Shown here piece after piece: positions 1 through 10,218 of a DNA stretch of 64,000 nucleotides. Made by a program: the position numbers and the translations under genes. The stretch covers positions 1,952,001-2,016,000 of the forward strand of contig OZ255836.1 of assembly GCA_965277715.1 (NCBI GenBank). The letters are read 5' to 3'. The number at the start of each line of letters is the position of its first letter. The first letter of the stretch is position 1. The notes under the pieces were generated by a model. It had not been told where the DNA came from. It saw only the letters and a program-made list of their open reading frames with translations, and made no database searches. The DNA comes from Gammaproteobacteria bacterium. Lineage in GTDB: Bacteria > Pseudomonadota > Gammaproteobacteria > JBCCGL01.

Positions 1-669
1 CCCGGTAGCCAGTGCCGCCGCACCGGCCATACCATTCATAGCAAACATCGCGTCGGTCATACTGATATCGACGTGACTGCCCCGCCCGGTGCGCTGGCGG
101 GCAATAACCGCCGCCAATACCCCCATCACTGCATGGTGACTGCCCCCGGCGAGGTCGGAGAACTGTGCGCCCAGTGGCAATGGCGCCTGCCCCTTACGCC
201 CTGTGTAAGCGCTCATTCCGGCAACCGCCAGATAGTTCAGATCGTGCCCGGCACGCTGTGACCAAGGCCCCGTTTGTCCATACCCCGTCAGCGAACAATA
301 AACCAGGCTGGGAAACAGCGACTGTACATCGTCATACCCAAGGCCCAGTTTTTTCATCACCCCAGGGCGAAATTGCTCTAGCACTATATCTGCCTGACCA
401 ATCAGGTTTAGCGCAACTTCCCTCCCCTGTGCCGATTTGAGGTCGACGACCACCGAGTATTTATTGCGGTTGAGTTGCAGGTCAGCCACCGAGTGGCCCG
501 CTACGAAGGGGGGCAGTGACTTGATTAGATCCGGGCGCGTTGGCGATTCTATTTTGATAATTTCAGCGCCCATATTGGCCAACAACATACTGGCATAGGG
601 CCCAGGCAGCAGTGTAGAGAAATCAACGACGGTTAAACCCGCTAACGGGCCGTGGGTTTGTGTGCTCAT
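1..669 (-). CDS. CaiB/BaiF (class III) CoA-transferase, runs off the window edge
   Basis: Not in the ORF track. Manual minus-strand translation from ATG at 669 gives MSTQTHGPLAGLTVVDFSTLLPGPYASMLLA...NRNK...EQFRPGVMKKLGLGY...YCSLTGYGQTGP...GHDLNY, which are class III CoA-transferase motifs. Confidence 0.9.
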   Translation of the reverse strand, partial: MSTQTHGPLAGLTVVDFSTLLPGPYASMLLANMGAEIIKIESPTRPDLIKSLPPFVAGHSVADLQLNRNKYSVVVDLKSAQGREVALNLIGQADIVLEQFRPGVMKKLGLGYDDVQSLFPSLVYCSLTGYGQTGPWSQRAGHDLNYLAVAGMSAYTGRKGQAPLPLGAQFSDLAGGSHHAVMGVLAAVIARQRTGRGSHVDISMTDAMFAMNGMAGAAALATG

Positions 670-746
670 CAGTTTACGCTCAATCAAAACAAAAGCTGAA
701 TTAATCCCTTAATTTGATTTATAGTTACGCCGTAGCAATCGACAGC

Positions 747-823
747 GCGCCCGTAGCTCAGCTGGATAGAGTACCTGGCTTCGAACCAGGTGGTCGGGAG
801 TTCGAATCTCTCCGGGCGCGCCA
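747..823 (+). tRNA. tRNA-Arg, anticodon UCG
   Basis: 77-nt cloverleaf: acceptor GCGCCCG/CGGGCGC, D-arm GCTCAGCTGGATAGAGT, anticodon stem CCTGG/CCAGG with loop CT-TCG-AA (781-783), T-loop TTCGAAT, encoded CCA. Confidence 0.96.
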
Positions 824-953
824 AATTTATCATAAAAGCCAGATTGTCACGCAGTGTGTGTGTTTGCCTGTCCATTGTGTTTGCTCCCTTCGCTCCATAG
901 TGCTAAACCTTTTTCATAGGATTGTGGAGGCCATTTCGCAATTTAACATTTAT

Positions 954-1007
954 AAGTTAAATCAGTGCATTTACGAATCCCGGAACTTATTTCGTGCACG
1001 TTCCTTA
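954..1007. repeat. 54-bp IS/MITE-end-like sequence, inverted copy of 2592-2645
   Basis: Manual alignment to the reverse complement of 2592-2645 gives 46/54 identity. Confidence 0.85.
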
Positions 1008-1118
1008 CCGAAAGGGAATATTTCAATTGATTAATGCGTTTTACCACACTAACATTCCTGATCGGGAACAATTACTCCATTTCCCCTTAAAGCCAGTCAA
1101 AATCTTACCGATCGGGCA
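1005..1118. promoter_or_regulatory. Three candidate HipB operator palindromes
   Basis: TTACCGAAAGGGAA (~1005), TTCCTGATCGGGAA (~1056) and TTACCGATCGGGCA (~1105) lie directly upstream of the HTH antitoxin. hipBA operons are autoregulated through multiple operators. Confidence 0.55.
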
Positions 1119-1122
1119 TATT

Positions 1123-1356
1123 ATGCGGACTCCTAATAAAATAACACCCGCACAAATAGGGCTGTTTGTGCGCAATACGCGCAGAAAAATGGGTGTGACA
1201 CAGAAGGAGTTGGCACTTACTTCAAATACTGGCCTGCGTTTCATTGGTGACCTGGAAAGAGGTAAACCCACCTGTCAGATAGGTAAAGTGGTTGCTGTTC
1301 TGCAAACACTGGGCATTCAAATTGACCTTATTCCACCTATAGGTAGTGCGGAATAG
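1123..1356 (+). CDS. hipB: HipB-like XRE/HTH antitoxin (y4mF-type)
   Basis: MRTPNKITPAQIGLFVRNTRRKMGVTQKELALTSNTGLRFIGDLERGKPTCQ is an XRE HTH, 5 bp upstream of hipA. Start placed at ATG 1123 rather than the track start at 994. Confidence 0.88.
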   Translation: MRTPNKITPAQIGLFVRNTRRKMGVTQKELALTSNTGLRFIGDLERGKPTCQIGKVVAVLQTLGIQIDLIPPIGSAE

Positions 1357-1361
1357 CAACG

Positions 1362-2594
1362 ATGAGGGTGCTGGATGTCTACCTTCTGCAACACCTTACC
1401 GGCCAACTAATTCAGGATGACAATGGCCATATGGTTTTTAGTTATAACAAAACCTGGCTCGCCAACCCCCACGCTATTGCACTGTCTTATTCATTGCCAT
1501 TGCGCGATAAACCGTTTACACGTGATGAGTGCCACGGTTTTTTTGCCGGTATTTTGCCCGAGGAAAACAAACGTGAACTGATTGCAAAAAACCTTGGTAT
1601 CAGTGCGCGCAATGATTTTGCCATGCTGGCCGAAATAGGGGGTGAGTGCGCCGGAGCAGTCACTTTTATCCAGACAGGAGAAGTAATAGCTGAGACAAAC
1701 CAAGGATACAGATCACTTTCAGACAGCGAAATTATCGGGGTTTTGCAGACCCTGCCAAGCCGCCCACTAATGGCCGGGGAGGATGAAATACGCCTTTCAC
1801 TCGCCGGTGCACAAGACAAACTGGCAATACATATCGATAATGGGCATATCGCTATGCCACTCAACGGCGCACCCAGCACACATATACTAAAGCCCCAGAT
1901 TGAGCATTTTGATAATGCGGTACTTAACGAATTCACCTGTATGCAACTGGCTAAATCGGCTGGCTTACATGTAGCCAATGTCGCTATAGAAACGACAGGG
2001 GGTATCGATTATTTGCTGATCGAGCGGTATGACCGATATAGCGATTCAAATGATCATATCAAACGCTTACACCAGGAAGATTTTTGCCAGGCGATGAACA
2101 TCACCTCAACGATGAAATATCAACGGGAAGGCGGCCCTTCATTAATGCAGTGCTTTTCCTTACTGCGCGCTGTTTCATCAGCACCTGTCATTGATCTTCA
2201 GCGTCTGTTGGATGGGGTTATCTTCAACTACTTAATTGGCAATAACGATGCACATGGCAAAAATTTTTCACTGCTCTACAGCAGAACTGGAGAAATCAGG
2301 CTTGCACCGTTTTACGACCTGCTCTGCACCGTTTATTACCCTGGTCTCAGTGCCAATATGGCGATGAAAATAGGCGGTACTTACGCGTTCGAATGGGTAT
2401 TCCCCCGGCACTTTAAAAAATTTGCCAAAGAAGCCGGGTTAACCCCATCCATCGTTGTAAAACGCGTTATCGAACTGGCTAACAGCGTCTTAAGCTGCTT
2501 ACCAAAAGTGATTATGGTGCACCCAGGTTGTGAAGGTATTACACAAAAAATAGAAACGCGGATAAATGCGGTCCTTACCCGGTTTTCTCACTAA
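1362..2594 (+). CDS. hipA: HipA-family Ser/Thr kinase toxin
   Basis: LSLAGAQDK loop, HILKP, LHQEDFCQA, GNNDAHGKNFS and LAPFYD motifs are intact. Confidence 0.93.
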   Translation: MRVLDVYLLQHLTGQLIQDDNGHMVFSYNKTWLANPHAIALSYSLPLRDKPFTRDECHGFFAGILPEENKRELIAKNLGISARNDFAMLAEIGGECAGAVTFIQTGEVIAETNQGYRSLSDSEIIGVLQTLPSRPLMAGEDEIRLSLAGAQDKLAIHIDNGHIAMPLNGAPSTHILKPQIEHFDNAVLNEFTCMQLAKSAGLHVANVAIETTGGIDYLLIERYDRYSDSNDHIKRLHQEDFCQAMNITSTMKYQREGGPSLMQCFSLLRAVSSAPVIDLQRLLDGVIFNYLIGNNDAHGKNFSLLYSRTGEIRLAPFYDLLCTVYYPGLSANMAMKIGGTYAFEWVFPRHFKKFAKEAGLTPSIVVKRVIELANSVLSCLPKVIMVHPGCEGITQKIETRINAVLTRFSH

Positions 2595-2913
2595 GGAACG
2601 CGCACGAAATAAATGCCGGCGTTCGTAAATGGATTGATTTACCTTAACTGACTGAGTTGACTTGAGTGCGTTATTAAAAAATGACACACCATTGAACCTA
2701 AATTCCGCAGTTGAATCGTAGCGAGGGCGTCTAAGGGGCTGAAGATGAAGTGTTTTTACCCGCATTTTAGCCATCCTGTCGTGATTCTACAGGTGAAGCT
2801 GAAATGCTGGTTAAAGCGCTTTAGATTCTGTGCATTAGCTGCTCGCAGTAGATTCAACTGCGGAATTTAGGTTGAAATAACAATAAGAGCGGAAGTTATT
2901 TCGTGCAGGCACT
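2594..2913. mobile_element. Outer MITE-like element interrupted by a second MITE
   Basis: Left end AGGAACGCGCACGAAATAAATGCCG and right end CGGAAGTTATTTCGTGCAGGCACT are imperfect inverted repeats. No convincing ORF inside. Confidence 0.6.
2697..2871. mobile_element. 175-bp MITE with IS1380-like ends
   Basis: Perfect 21-bp terminal inverted repeats (CCTAAATTCCGCAGTTGAATC ... GATTCAACTGCGGAATTTAGG) flanked by a 5-bp direct repeat TTGAA (2692-2696 and 2872-2876). Confidence 0.85.
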
Positions 2914-2915
2914 GA

Positions 2916-5057
2916 CTAATCACCATGAAACAACATATCCGCCCGAACACAACGCAACTCGCCATAGGTATACTGCCCATCCAGTAGCGTATAGACCGGC
3001 TTGAGTGCCTTCGACGCATCCACAGCATCAAGCTCAATCAGCGCATCCTGAATCGTTTCTATATCGGTATTTGAAAAAGACAGCGCCTCACCAATAGCCA
3101 GCTCACCTGTTTCAATCGCCTGGCTCGCGTGGCGGTAGATGGTGTCTTCGGTCAGCTCCCGTTCACGTGCAACCTGAACCACATCCAGGCCGGATTTCAG
3201 CATCGCCACTGATGTTTGTTGCGTATCACTAACACCGCCACCGCCTGATGTAACATCGACCGAATGCTGTTGAATAACACGCAAAAAATCAGCCCCGAAA
3301 CGTTCCAACTTCTTCCCACCGACACCACTAATCGCTAATAGCGCCTGTTCCGATTGAGGCATACGTTGCATCATCTCCATTAACGTTGCATCGTGAAATA
3401 TGGCATAGGGCGGCACATTATTGACTGTTGCCAATTGGCGGCGGCATTCACGCAAGGCCTCCCATAGCGCTGAACCGACTGGCGCATGTTCTTTCCTGCG
3501 AAGCTTCTGCCCAGGTTTTTGTTTATGCTCTCTGCGCAAAGCGACATTTTGTTCACCCCGCAAAATGGAGCGACATATCTCAGTCAACTGCAATGCACCA
3601 AATGCTTCGGCATTGACATGCAAATGACCGTGCGCGACCAATTGCCGAAAAACCGAACGCCATTGCTGGGCATCTAGCTCCTTACCGATGCCCCAGGTGC
3701 TGATGCGTTCATGGCCGTGTTGTCGAATTTTGGCCGTGTCCCTGCCAAGCAACACATCGACAAGATGACTCACACCAAAACGCTGACCGCTTCTGTACAC
3801 ACACGACAAGGCCTTGCGCACCGCCTCAGTCGCATCCCAGGTTTCAGCCGGATTCAGACAGGCATCACAGTTACCACACGCTTGTTCACGCGTTTCACCA
3901 AAATAATTCAACAAAACCTGCCGACGGCAGGTGGTGACTTCGCAAAAACCCAGCATAGCCTCCAGCTTATGCCGCTCGACACGTTTATGCTCATCGTCCG
4001 CCTCTGAGTTATCGAGCATTTGTCGCAGTTTGATTACATCCTGTAAGCCATACACCATCCACGCGGTCGCCGGTTCGCCATCGCGCCCGCCACGCCCGGT
4101 TTCCTGGTAGTACGCTTCGATGCTTTTGGGTAAATCCAAATGCGCAACAAAACGCACGTCTGGCTTGTCGATCCCCATACCAAAGGCAATGGTGGCAACG
4201 ATAATGACACCCTCTTCATTGAGAAAGCGCCTCTGGTGCAGTGCACGATCCCCGGTGCTCATACCCGCATGGTAGGGCAGTGCATTGTAGCCTTTGGCAC
4301 TTAACCAGGCCGCCGTGGAATCCACTTTCGAGCGACTCAAACAATAGACAATGCCCGCATCATTGCGGTGGTTATTGTGCAAAAAGTGCAATAACTGCGT
4401 TTTTACGTTTTGCTTTTCAGTGATGCGGTACTGGATATTCGGCCGATCAAAACTGCGCACAAAAACCTGCGCGTTATTCAGTGCGAGTCGTTCGATAATT
4501 TCTTTGCGCGTGCGCGCATCCGCCGTCGCGGTCAGAGCGATACGAGGCACCGAGGGGAACTGTTCGGCCAGGATGTTTAGCTGCAAATAGTCCGCACGAA
4601 AATCGTGCCCCCATTGCGATACGCAGTGCGCTTCATCGATAGCAAACAAAGCGATAGGGCAACGTGACAGCAAATTCAGTGTATAGGTCTGATTGAGCCG
4701 CTCTGGCGCCAAATAAAGCAAATCCAGGTCACCTGCCGCCAGCCGGGCTTCAATATCGCGCACACTGACGGCATCCAGCGTCGAGTTAAGAAAGGCGGCG
4801 TTCAGGTCCAGTTGCTGGAGGGCGGCAACCTGATCCTGCATCAAGGCGATAAGCGGGGAGATAACCACCCCAACACCCTGGCGCAATAAAGCGGGAATTT
4901 GATAACACAGCGATTTACCGCCGCCCGTCGGCATCAATACCAGCGCATCCCCTCCCTCAACCAGCAAATCGATAACGGCTTCCTGTGGCTCGCGAAACGC
5001 AGGGTAGCCGAATACATTATTCAGTAAATCAAGGGAGGTGTTATTCATGGTGGGCAT
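2916..5057 (-). CDS. recQ: ATP-dependent DNA helicase RecQ with HRDC and an extra C-terminal HTH
   Basis: [36 protein letters not shown], Cys-rich RQC region and HRDC ([12 protein letters not shown]). Confidence 0.97.
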   Translation of the reverse strand: MPTMNNTSLDLLNNVFGYPAFREPQEAVIDLLVEGGDALVLMPTGGGKSLCYQIPALLRQGVGVVISPLIALMQDQVAALQQLDLNAAFLNSTLDAVSVRDIEARLAAGDLDLLYLAPERLNQTYTLNLLSRCPIALFAIDEAHCVSQWGHDFRADYLQLNILAEQFPSVPRIALTATADARTRKEIIERLALNNAQVFVRSFDRPNIQYRITEKQNVKTQLLHFLHNNHRNDAGIVYCLSRSKVDSTAAWLSAKGYNALPYHAGMSTGDRALHQRRFLNEEGVIIVATIAFGMGIDKPDVRFVAHLDLPKSIEAYYQETGRGGRDGEPATAWMVYGLQDVIKLRQMLDNSEADDEHKRVERHKLEAMLGFCEVTTCRRQVLLNYFGETREQACGNCDACLNPAETWDATEAVRKALSCVYRSGQRFGVSHLVDVLLGRDTAKIRQHGHERISTWGIGKELDAQQWRSVFRQLVAHGHLHVNAEAFGALQLTEICRSILRGEQNVALRREHKQKPGQKLRRKEHAPVGSALWEALRECRRQLATVNNVPPYAIFHDATLMEMMQRMPQSEQALLAISGVGGKKLERFGADFLRVIQQHSVDVTSGGGGVSDTQQTSVAMLKSGLDVVQVARERELTEDTIYRHASQAIETGELAIGEALSFSNTDIETIQDALIELDAVDASKALKPVYTLLDGQYTYGELRCVRADMLFHGD

Positions 5058-5228
5058 TGTCGTTGCTTACTTTCCATAGTGGTGTGATGTGATAAGGGTA
5101 TCGCTCTTCGACAGTTAATCTACTCCAGATTAAATGCATTTGCCATAAGTGTTTGCATAGAAACAGTTGGTAAACTAGTACACCGCCTACCTGATACTGA
5201 TTACCAAGGTAGCCTGACGATTGTGTTT

Positions 5229-6326
5229 CTACCCTGAAAATACAGCCTCGCCAAGCACACTGTAATCGGGTTCTACGCCAAGCCCCGGTCTATCACTCAT
5301 AAACATTTTCCCCTCTTCAATGGTGGGGCCACCCGAGGCAATCGCCACGCTGTGGTATTCGTGAAACGCCGATGATTGAAAATGAAAGCTGTCCGGTGTT
5401 GAATGCGCCAAATGCGCAATTGCCGCCGTGGCAATTTCCCCTCCCCAGGAATCCTCAATAGTCATCACAATGCCCAGTGACACACAGAGGTCTCTGAACT
5501 GCCTGGCACGCGTAATACCACCTACCCGGTTTATCTTTAAGTTAACCAGATCCATCGCCCGATCCTGATAACCGCGAATCAGCATTTCGAGGCTATCCAT
5601 GCATTCATCAAGGATAATCGGGTGGTCAGTGTGCTGTCGAACGGCCAGGCATTCCTCATAAGAGGTACAGGGCTGTTCTATATAGACATCGACATCGCGA
5701 ACAGCCTTGACCACCCTGATCGCCTCGTGTTGTTGCCAGCCGGTGTTGGCGTCCGCCGCGAGGATATTACCGGGGCGGAGGTTTGCAGCCACCTGATGAA
5801 TACGCTCGATATCATCATTGGCATTGGCACCCACTTTCATTTGAAATTGTTTGAACCCCTGATCCTGGTAGTCGTTGATTTTTTGTGCCATCACAGTCGC
5901 ATCCTGGCGCGTGACGACTTTAAACAGCTTGATTTTTTCCTGTAGCAAACCACCCAATAACCGGTACACAGGTTGGCCGGTGGCCTTGCCGAGAATATCC
6001 CAACAGGCCATATCAATCGCCGATTTGGCATAAGGGTGGCCTTTTAATAAATCATCCATGTGGTGGTTGAGCTTGAGGATATCGAGTGGGTTTTGGCCAA
6101 TCAGGCCGGGAGTCAGTTGTTTGATCCCCGTGCGGGCGCCCTCGGCATAGGCGGGTAAATAAGATGGCCCAAGCGGGCAGGTTTCGCCAACCCCTGTTAT
6201 CCCCTGGTCGGTTTCAATCACCACGACCGTGCTGTCGAAAGCGGAAAAAGATTGTGTCGACCAACTGTATGACCCTTCCTTTAGAGGAAGATCAACCTGG
6301 TAAATGTTTAACCCGGTAATTTTCAT
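5229..6326 (-). CDS. Mandelate racemase/MLE-family enzyme resembling cis-3-hydroxy-L-proline dehydratase / proline-betaine epimerase
   Basis: VDLPLKEGSYSWS...FDSTVV...CPLGPSYLPAYA N-terminus; QMKVG, DAN, EQP and DE metal ligands; EDSWGG. Confidence 0.8.
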   Translation of the reverse strand: MKITGLNIYQVDLPLKEGSYSWSTQSFSAFDSTVVVIETDQGITGVGETCPLGPSYLPAYAEGARTGIKQLTPGLIGQNPLDILKLNHHMDDLLKGHPYAKSAIDMACWDILGKATGQPVYRLLGGLLQEKIKLFKVVTRQDATVMAQKINDYQDQGFKQFQMKVGANANDDIERIHQVAANLRPGNILAADANTGWQQHEAIRVVKAVRDVDVYIEQPCTSYEECLAVRQHTDHPIILDECMDSLEMLIRGYQDRAMDLVNLKINRVGGITRARQFRDLCVSLGIVMTIEDSWGGEIATAAIAHLAHSTPDSFHFQSSAFHEYHSVAIASGGPTIEEGKMFMSDRPGLGVEPDYSVLGEAVFSG

Positions 6327-6386
6327 AGGTATTTATGCTTCTTCATTTAATTTTCTCCCGCCAGGAGTCTGTCGGATTCAGGACTG

Positions 6387-6412
6387 CTCTACTGCGGAAA
6401 AGCCGGTTTGGC
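6387..6412 (+). repeat. Dispersed intergenic repeat, copy 1 (TACTGCGGAAAAGCCRGWTTGGC)
   Basis: Near-identical copies at 36434-36459 and 43897-43919. Confidence 0.8.
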
Positions 6413-6560
6413 CCTTGTATTATGATGTGTACAATTCATCAACGCCATTATTCGTATTGTCCCCCAATGGTTTTATTCTATTCTTTGGGCAGTTGCGTTA
6501 ATAGTGGTTTATAAGGCTTTATCCCTGATATTTTAAACGCCATAAAAACACCCTTCATAA

Positions 6561-6586
6561 AATTGACGTTTACGTAAACGTCAATT
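6561..6586. promoter_or_regulatory. LiuR-type operator palindrome
   Basis: Perfect 26-bp palindrome AATTGACGTTTACGTAAACGTCAATT, 37 bp upstream of liuA. It matches the known TTACGTnAACGT-type LiuR (MerR-family) site. Confidence 0.88.
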
Positions 6587-6623
6587 AACATCACGCCAAA
6601 TACAACGCAACAGGAACACCACC

Positions 6624-7793
6624 ATGTTGAGCGGTTACCCCACCCTGGATTTCCATCTCGGCGAAAACGCCGACCTACTCCTGGAATCTGTACACCACTT
6701 CGCCGAGAACGAAATCGCCCCGCTGGCCGCCGATATAGACCGCAACAATGCATTTCCACTCGCCTTGTGGAAAGCGCTGGGCGATATGGGCCTGCTCGGT
6801 ATTACCGCCAGCGAGGAATACGGCGGTGCTGGTATGGGGTATCTCGAACACACACTGGCCATGCAGATGATCAGCCGTGCATCTGCATCGGTGGGTTTAT
6901 CTTACGGGGCGCACTCAAACCTCTGTGTCAATCAAATTCACCGCAATGGCAATCCGGCGCAGAAGAGACATTACCTGCCAAAATTAATCAGTGGCGAACA
7001 TATTGGTGCCTTGGCGATGAGCGAGCCCGGCTCTGGCTCAGATGTGGTCAGTATGCGGTTGCGCGCCGACAAACACGGTGATCACTATCGCCTCAATGGC
7101 AATAAAATGTGGATCACCAACGGCCCGGATGCCGATGTATTAGTGGTTTACGCCAAAACCGATGCGGAGGCTGGCCCACACGGTATCAGCGCATTTATTG
7201 TGGAGAAAGGCTTTGCCGGTTTTTCCACTGCGCAAAAGCTCGACAAGCTCGGTATGCGCGGTTCCAACACCTGCGAGCTTATTTTTAAAGACTGCGATGT
7301 CCCCGAAGAGAACCTGCTGGGAAACCCGGGCAGCGGGGTTAAGGTGCTGATGAGTGGCCTCGATTACGAGCGCATTGTGCTTTCCGGCGGCCCGCTTGGT
7401 ATCATGGATAGCTGTATGGATGCGGTGTTACCGTATATTCACCAGCGCAGCCAGTTTGGCCAGGCCATCGGTACTTTCGAGTTGATGCAGGGAAAAATCG
7501 CCGATATGTATACCACCATGAACGCCAGCAAGGCGTATGTATACGCCGTGGCCAAGGCGGCTGACCGTGGCCACACCACACGTAAAGACGCCGCTGGTGC
7601 GATTCTCTACACGGCTGAAAAAGCCACTTGGATGGCACTTGAGGCAATCCAGTCGCTGGGGGGTAACGGCTACACCAACGATTACCCTGTAGGCCGTTTG
7701 CTACGCGATGCCAAACTGTATGAAATAGGGGCTGGCACCAGCGAAATCCGCCGTATGTTGATTGGCCGGGAATTGTTTGCCGACACGGTTTAG
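6624..7793 (+). CDS. liuA: Isovaleryl-CoA dehydrogenase
   Basis: [40 protein letters not shown]. Confidence 0.95.
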   Translation: MLSGYPTLDFHLGENADLLLESVHHFAENEIAPLAADIDRNNAFPLALWKALGDMGLLGITASEEYGGAGMGYLEHTLAMQMISRASASVGLSYGAHSNLCVNQIHRNGNPAQKRHYLPKLISGEHIGALAMSEPGSGSDVVSMRLRADKHGDHYRLNGNKMWITNGPDADVLVVYAKTDAEAGPHGISAFIVEKGFAGFSTAQKLDKLGMRGSNTCELIFKDCDVPEENLLGNPGSGVKVLMSGLDYERIVLSGGPLGIMDSCMDAVLPYIHQRSQFGQAIGTFELMQGKIADMYTTMNASKAYVYAVAKAADRGHTTRKDAAGAILYTAEKATWMALEAIQSLGGNGYTNDYPVGRLLRDAKLYEIGAGTSEIRRMLIGRELFADTV

Positions 7794-7844
7794 TCACCCT
7801 ATTTAACTATTTTATTCAAATATTTATCAGGAATACTTAATCCC

Positions 7845-9029
7845 GTGAACCATGATCCCATTGTCATCGTCAGCGCAGCCCGTACCCCTATGGGCGGGTT
7901 TCAAGGCGCGCTGTCTAATGTGCGCGCCGCCGATTTGGGCGCCTGCGCCATTCGTGGCGCAATCGCCCGCGCCGGTATCGATGCCAGCGATGTGACAGAG
8001 GTTATTATGGGCTGCGTGCTGCCCGCCGGTCAGGGACAGGCACCCGCCCGCCAGGCATCGCTCGGTGCCGGTGTGCCAAAGTCCAGCGGCTGCACTACCG
8101 TGAATAAAATGTGCGGTTCAGGGATGAAAGCGGCGATGTTTGCACACGATGCACTGTGCGCAGGAAGCGCCGACATCATCGTTGCCGGCGGCATGGAAAG
8201 TATGAGCAACGCACCGTATTTACTGCCCAAGGCACGCGCTGGCCTGCGTATGGGGCATGCAAAAATGCTCGACCATATGTTTCTAGATGGCCTTGAAGAT
8301 GCCTACCAAACAGGGCATTTGATGGGCAGCTTTGCCGAGCAGACAGCCGCCCACTACGGCTTTAGCCGCGAGGCACAGGATGCCTTTGCCATCGAATCGC
8401 TGCAACGGGCGCGCACCGCCATTGATGCGGGCTGGTTTAATAACGAAATTGAAGCGCTGACATTTAGCACACGCAAAGGCGATATCACCGTCGATCAGGA
8501 TGAACAGCCACACAAAGCCAACCTGGAAAAAATTCCTCATCTAAAACCCGCTTTTGCGCCGGATGGCACAGTGACTGCCGCCAATTCCAGCTCGATTTCT
8601 GACGGTGCCGCCGCACTGGTGATGATGCGCGAGTCCAAAGCCGAGCGCCATCACTTAACCCCGCTGGTACGCGTTTTAGGTCACCACACCTACGCGCATG
8701 AACCAGGCTGGTTTACCACGGCCCCTATCTATGCGATAAAAGGTCTGCTGGAAAAAATCGGTAGCACGCCTAACGATATTGACCTGTACGAAATTAACGA
8801 GGCATTTGCCGTGGTTACGATGGCGACGATGCAAACGCTGAATTTGCCTCACCCGCAAGTGAATGTACACGGGGGCGCCTGTGCACTCGGCCACCCGATT
8901 GGCGCCTCTGGTGCGCGTATTATGGCAAGCTTAATCCATGCACTGCATCAGTACGATAAGCCACGTGGCATCGCCTCTTTGTGTATCGGCGGCGGTGAGG
9001 CCACGGCCATCGCGCTGGAAAAGCTATAG
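7845..9029 (+). CDS. Acetyl-CoA C-acyltransferase (thiolase)
   Basis: [27 protein letters not shown]. Confidence 0.95.
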   Translation: MNHDPIVIVSAARTPMGGFQGALSNVRAADLGACAIRGAIARAGIDASDVTEVIMGCVLPAGQGQAPARQASLGAGVPKSSGCTTVNKMCGSGMKAAMFAHDALCAGSADIIVAGGMESMSNAPYLLPKARAGLRMGHAKMLDHMFLDGLEDAYQTGHLMGSFAEQTAAHYGFSREAQDAFAIESLQRARTAIDAGWFNNEIEALTFSTRKGDITVDQDEQPHKANLEKIPHLKPAFAPDGTVTAANSSSISDGAAALVMMRESKAERHHLTPLVRVLGHHTYAHEPGWFTTAPIYAIKGLLEKIGSTPNDIDLYEINEAFAVVTMATMQTLNLPHPQVNVHGGACALGHPIGASGARIMASLIHALHQYDKPRGIASLCIGGGEATAIALEKL

Positions 9030-9056
9030 GCCACCACGCCTTAACCGAAAATAACA

Positions 9057-10205
9057 ATGCGCTATACAGACGAACAACTGATGATCCGCGATATGGCGCA
9101 GCGCTTTGCGCAAAAGGAAATCGCCCCCTATGCCGCCAAATGGGATAGAGACAGCACCTTCCCCGCGCAGGCCATCCGGCAAATGGGGGAGCTGGGACTG
9201 CTCGGTATGTTAGTCCCGGAACAATACGGTGGCGTCAATTGCGACAATATCGCCTACTCGCTGGCGCTGGAGGAAATTGCCGCCGCCGACGGCGCCTGCT
9301 CCACCATAATGAGTGTGCACAACTCAGTGGGGTGTCTGCCGATACTGCGGTTTGGCAGCGAGGCGCAAAAACAGCGCTATTTAAAACCGATGGCGCGGGG
9401 CGGGAAACTCGGCGCCTTTGCCCTGACCGAGCCGCACACCGGCTCCGATGCCGCCAATATTAACACCCGTGCGCAGCGCGACGGTGAATACTATCGACTC
9501 ACTGGCAGCAAACAGTTTGTTACCTCCGGTAGCCAGGCCGACATCTGCATCGTTTTTGCGGTAACCGATGCGAGCGCGGGCAAGCGCGGTATCAGCGCTT
9601 TTATTGTGCCCACCGACACCCCCGGCTATCAGGTAGCCACGCTTGAGCGAAAGCTCGGCCAACACGCCTCAGATACGGCGCAGATAGTCTTTGACCAGTG
9701 CCGCGTTGCCGCCACACAACGCCTTGGCGACGAAGGTCAGGGCTATAAAATTGCCCTGGCGAATCTTGAAGGTGGCCGTATTGGCATCGCCTCACAATCG
9801 GTTGGCATGGCGCGTGCGGCGATGCGCGCAGCGATTGATTACGCCCAACAGCGCAGCGCCTTTGGCAAACCGATTTTCGCGCAGCAGAGCATCGCCCACA
9901 AACTCGCCGATATGGCAACGCAAATCGATGCGGCGCGCCTGCTGACCCACCGCGCCGCCGCGCTGCGGGATGCCCGGCTACCCTGCTTGACCGAATCGTC
10001 AATGGCCAAACTGTTCGCCTCGGAAATGGCCGAAAAAGTCTGCTCGCAGGCGATTCAAATCCACGGTGGCTACGGCTACTTAAACGACTTTCCCGTAGAG
10101 AAAATCTACCGTGATGTGCGCGTGGCGCAAATTTACGAAGGCACCAGTGAAATTCAACGGCTGGTTATCAGCCGCTCGCTGTGTGGATCGACACTGACAA
10201 CATAA
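9057..10205 (+). CDS. Acyl-CoA dehydrogenase (short/branched-chain type)
   Basis: [38 protein letters not shown]. Confidence 0.93.
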   Translation: MRYTDEQLMIRDMAQRFAQKEIAPYAAKWDRDSTFPAQAIRQMGELGLLGMLVPEQYGGVNCDNIAYSLALEEIAAADGACSTIMSVHNSVGCLPILRFGSEAQKQRYLKPMARGGKLGAFALTEPHTGSDAANINTRAQRDGEYYRLTGSKQFVTSGSQADICIVFAVTDASAGKRGISAFIVPTDTPGYQVATLERKLGQHASDTAQIVFDQCRVAATQRLGDEGQGYKIALANLEGGRIGIASQSVGMARAAMRAAIDYAQQRSAFGKPIFAQQSIAHKLADMATQIDAARLLTHRAAALRDARLPCLTESSMAKLFASEMAEKVCSQAIQIHGGYGYLNDFPVEKIYRDVRVAQIYEGTSEIQRLVISRSLCGSTLTT

Positions 10206-10218
10206 CTGGTACTACATT

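Noticed and set aside
73-1034. Short ORFs at 73-261, 165-440, 684-875 and 714-1034
   Set aside because: They are antisense to the CoA-transferase or overlap the tRNA and repeat, and show no protein motifs.
824-2915. Integrase-type genomic island at tRNA-Arg
   Set aside because: No integrase gene and no direct repeat of the tRNA 3' end were found.
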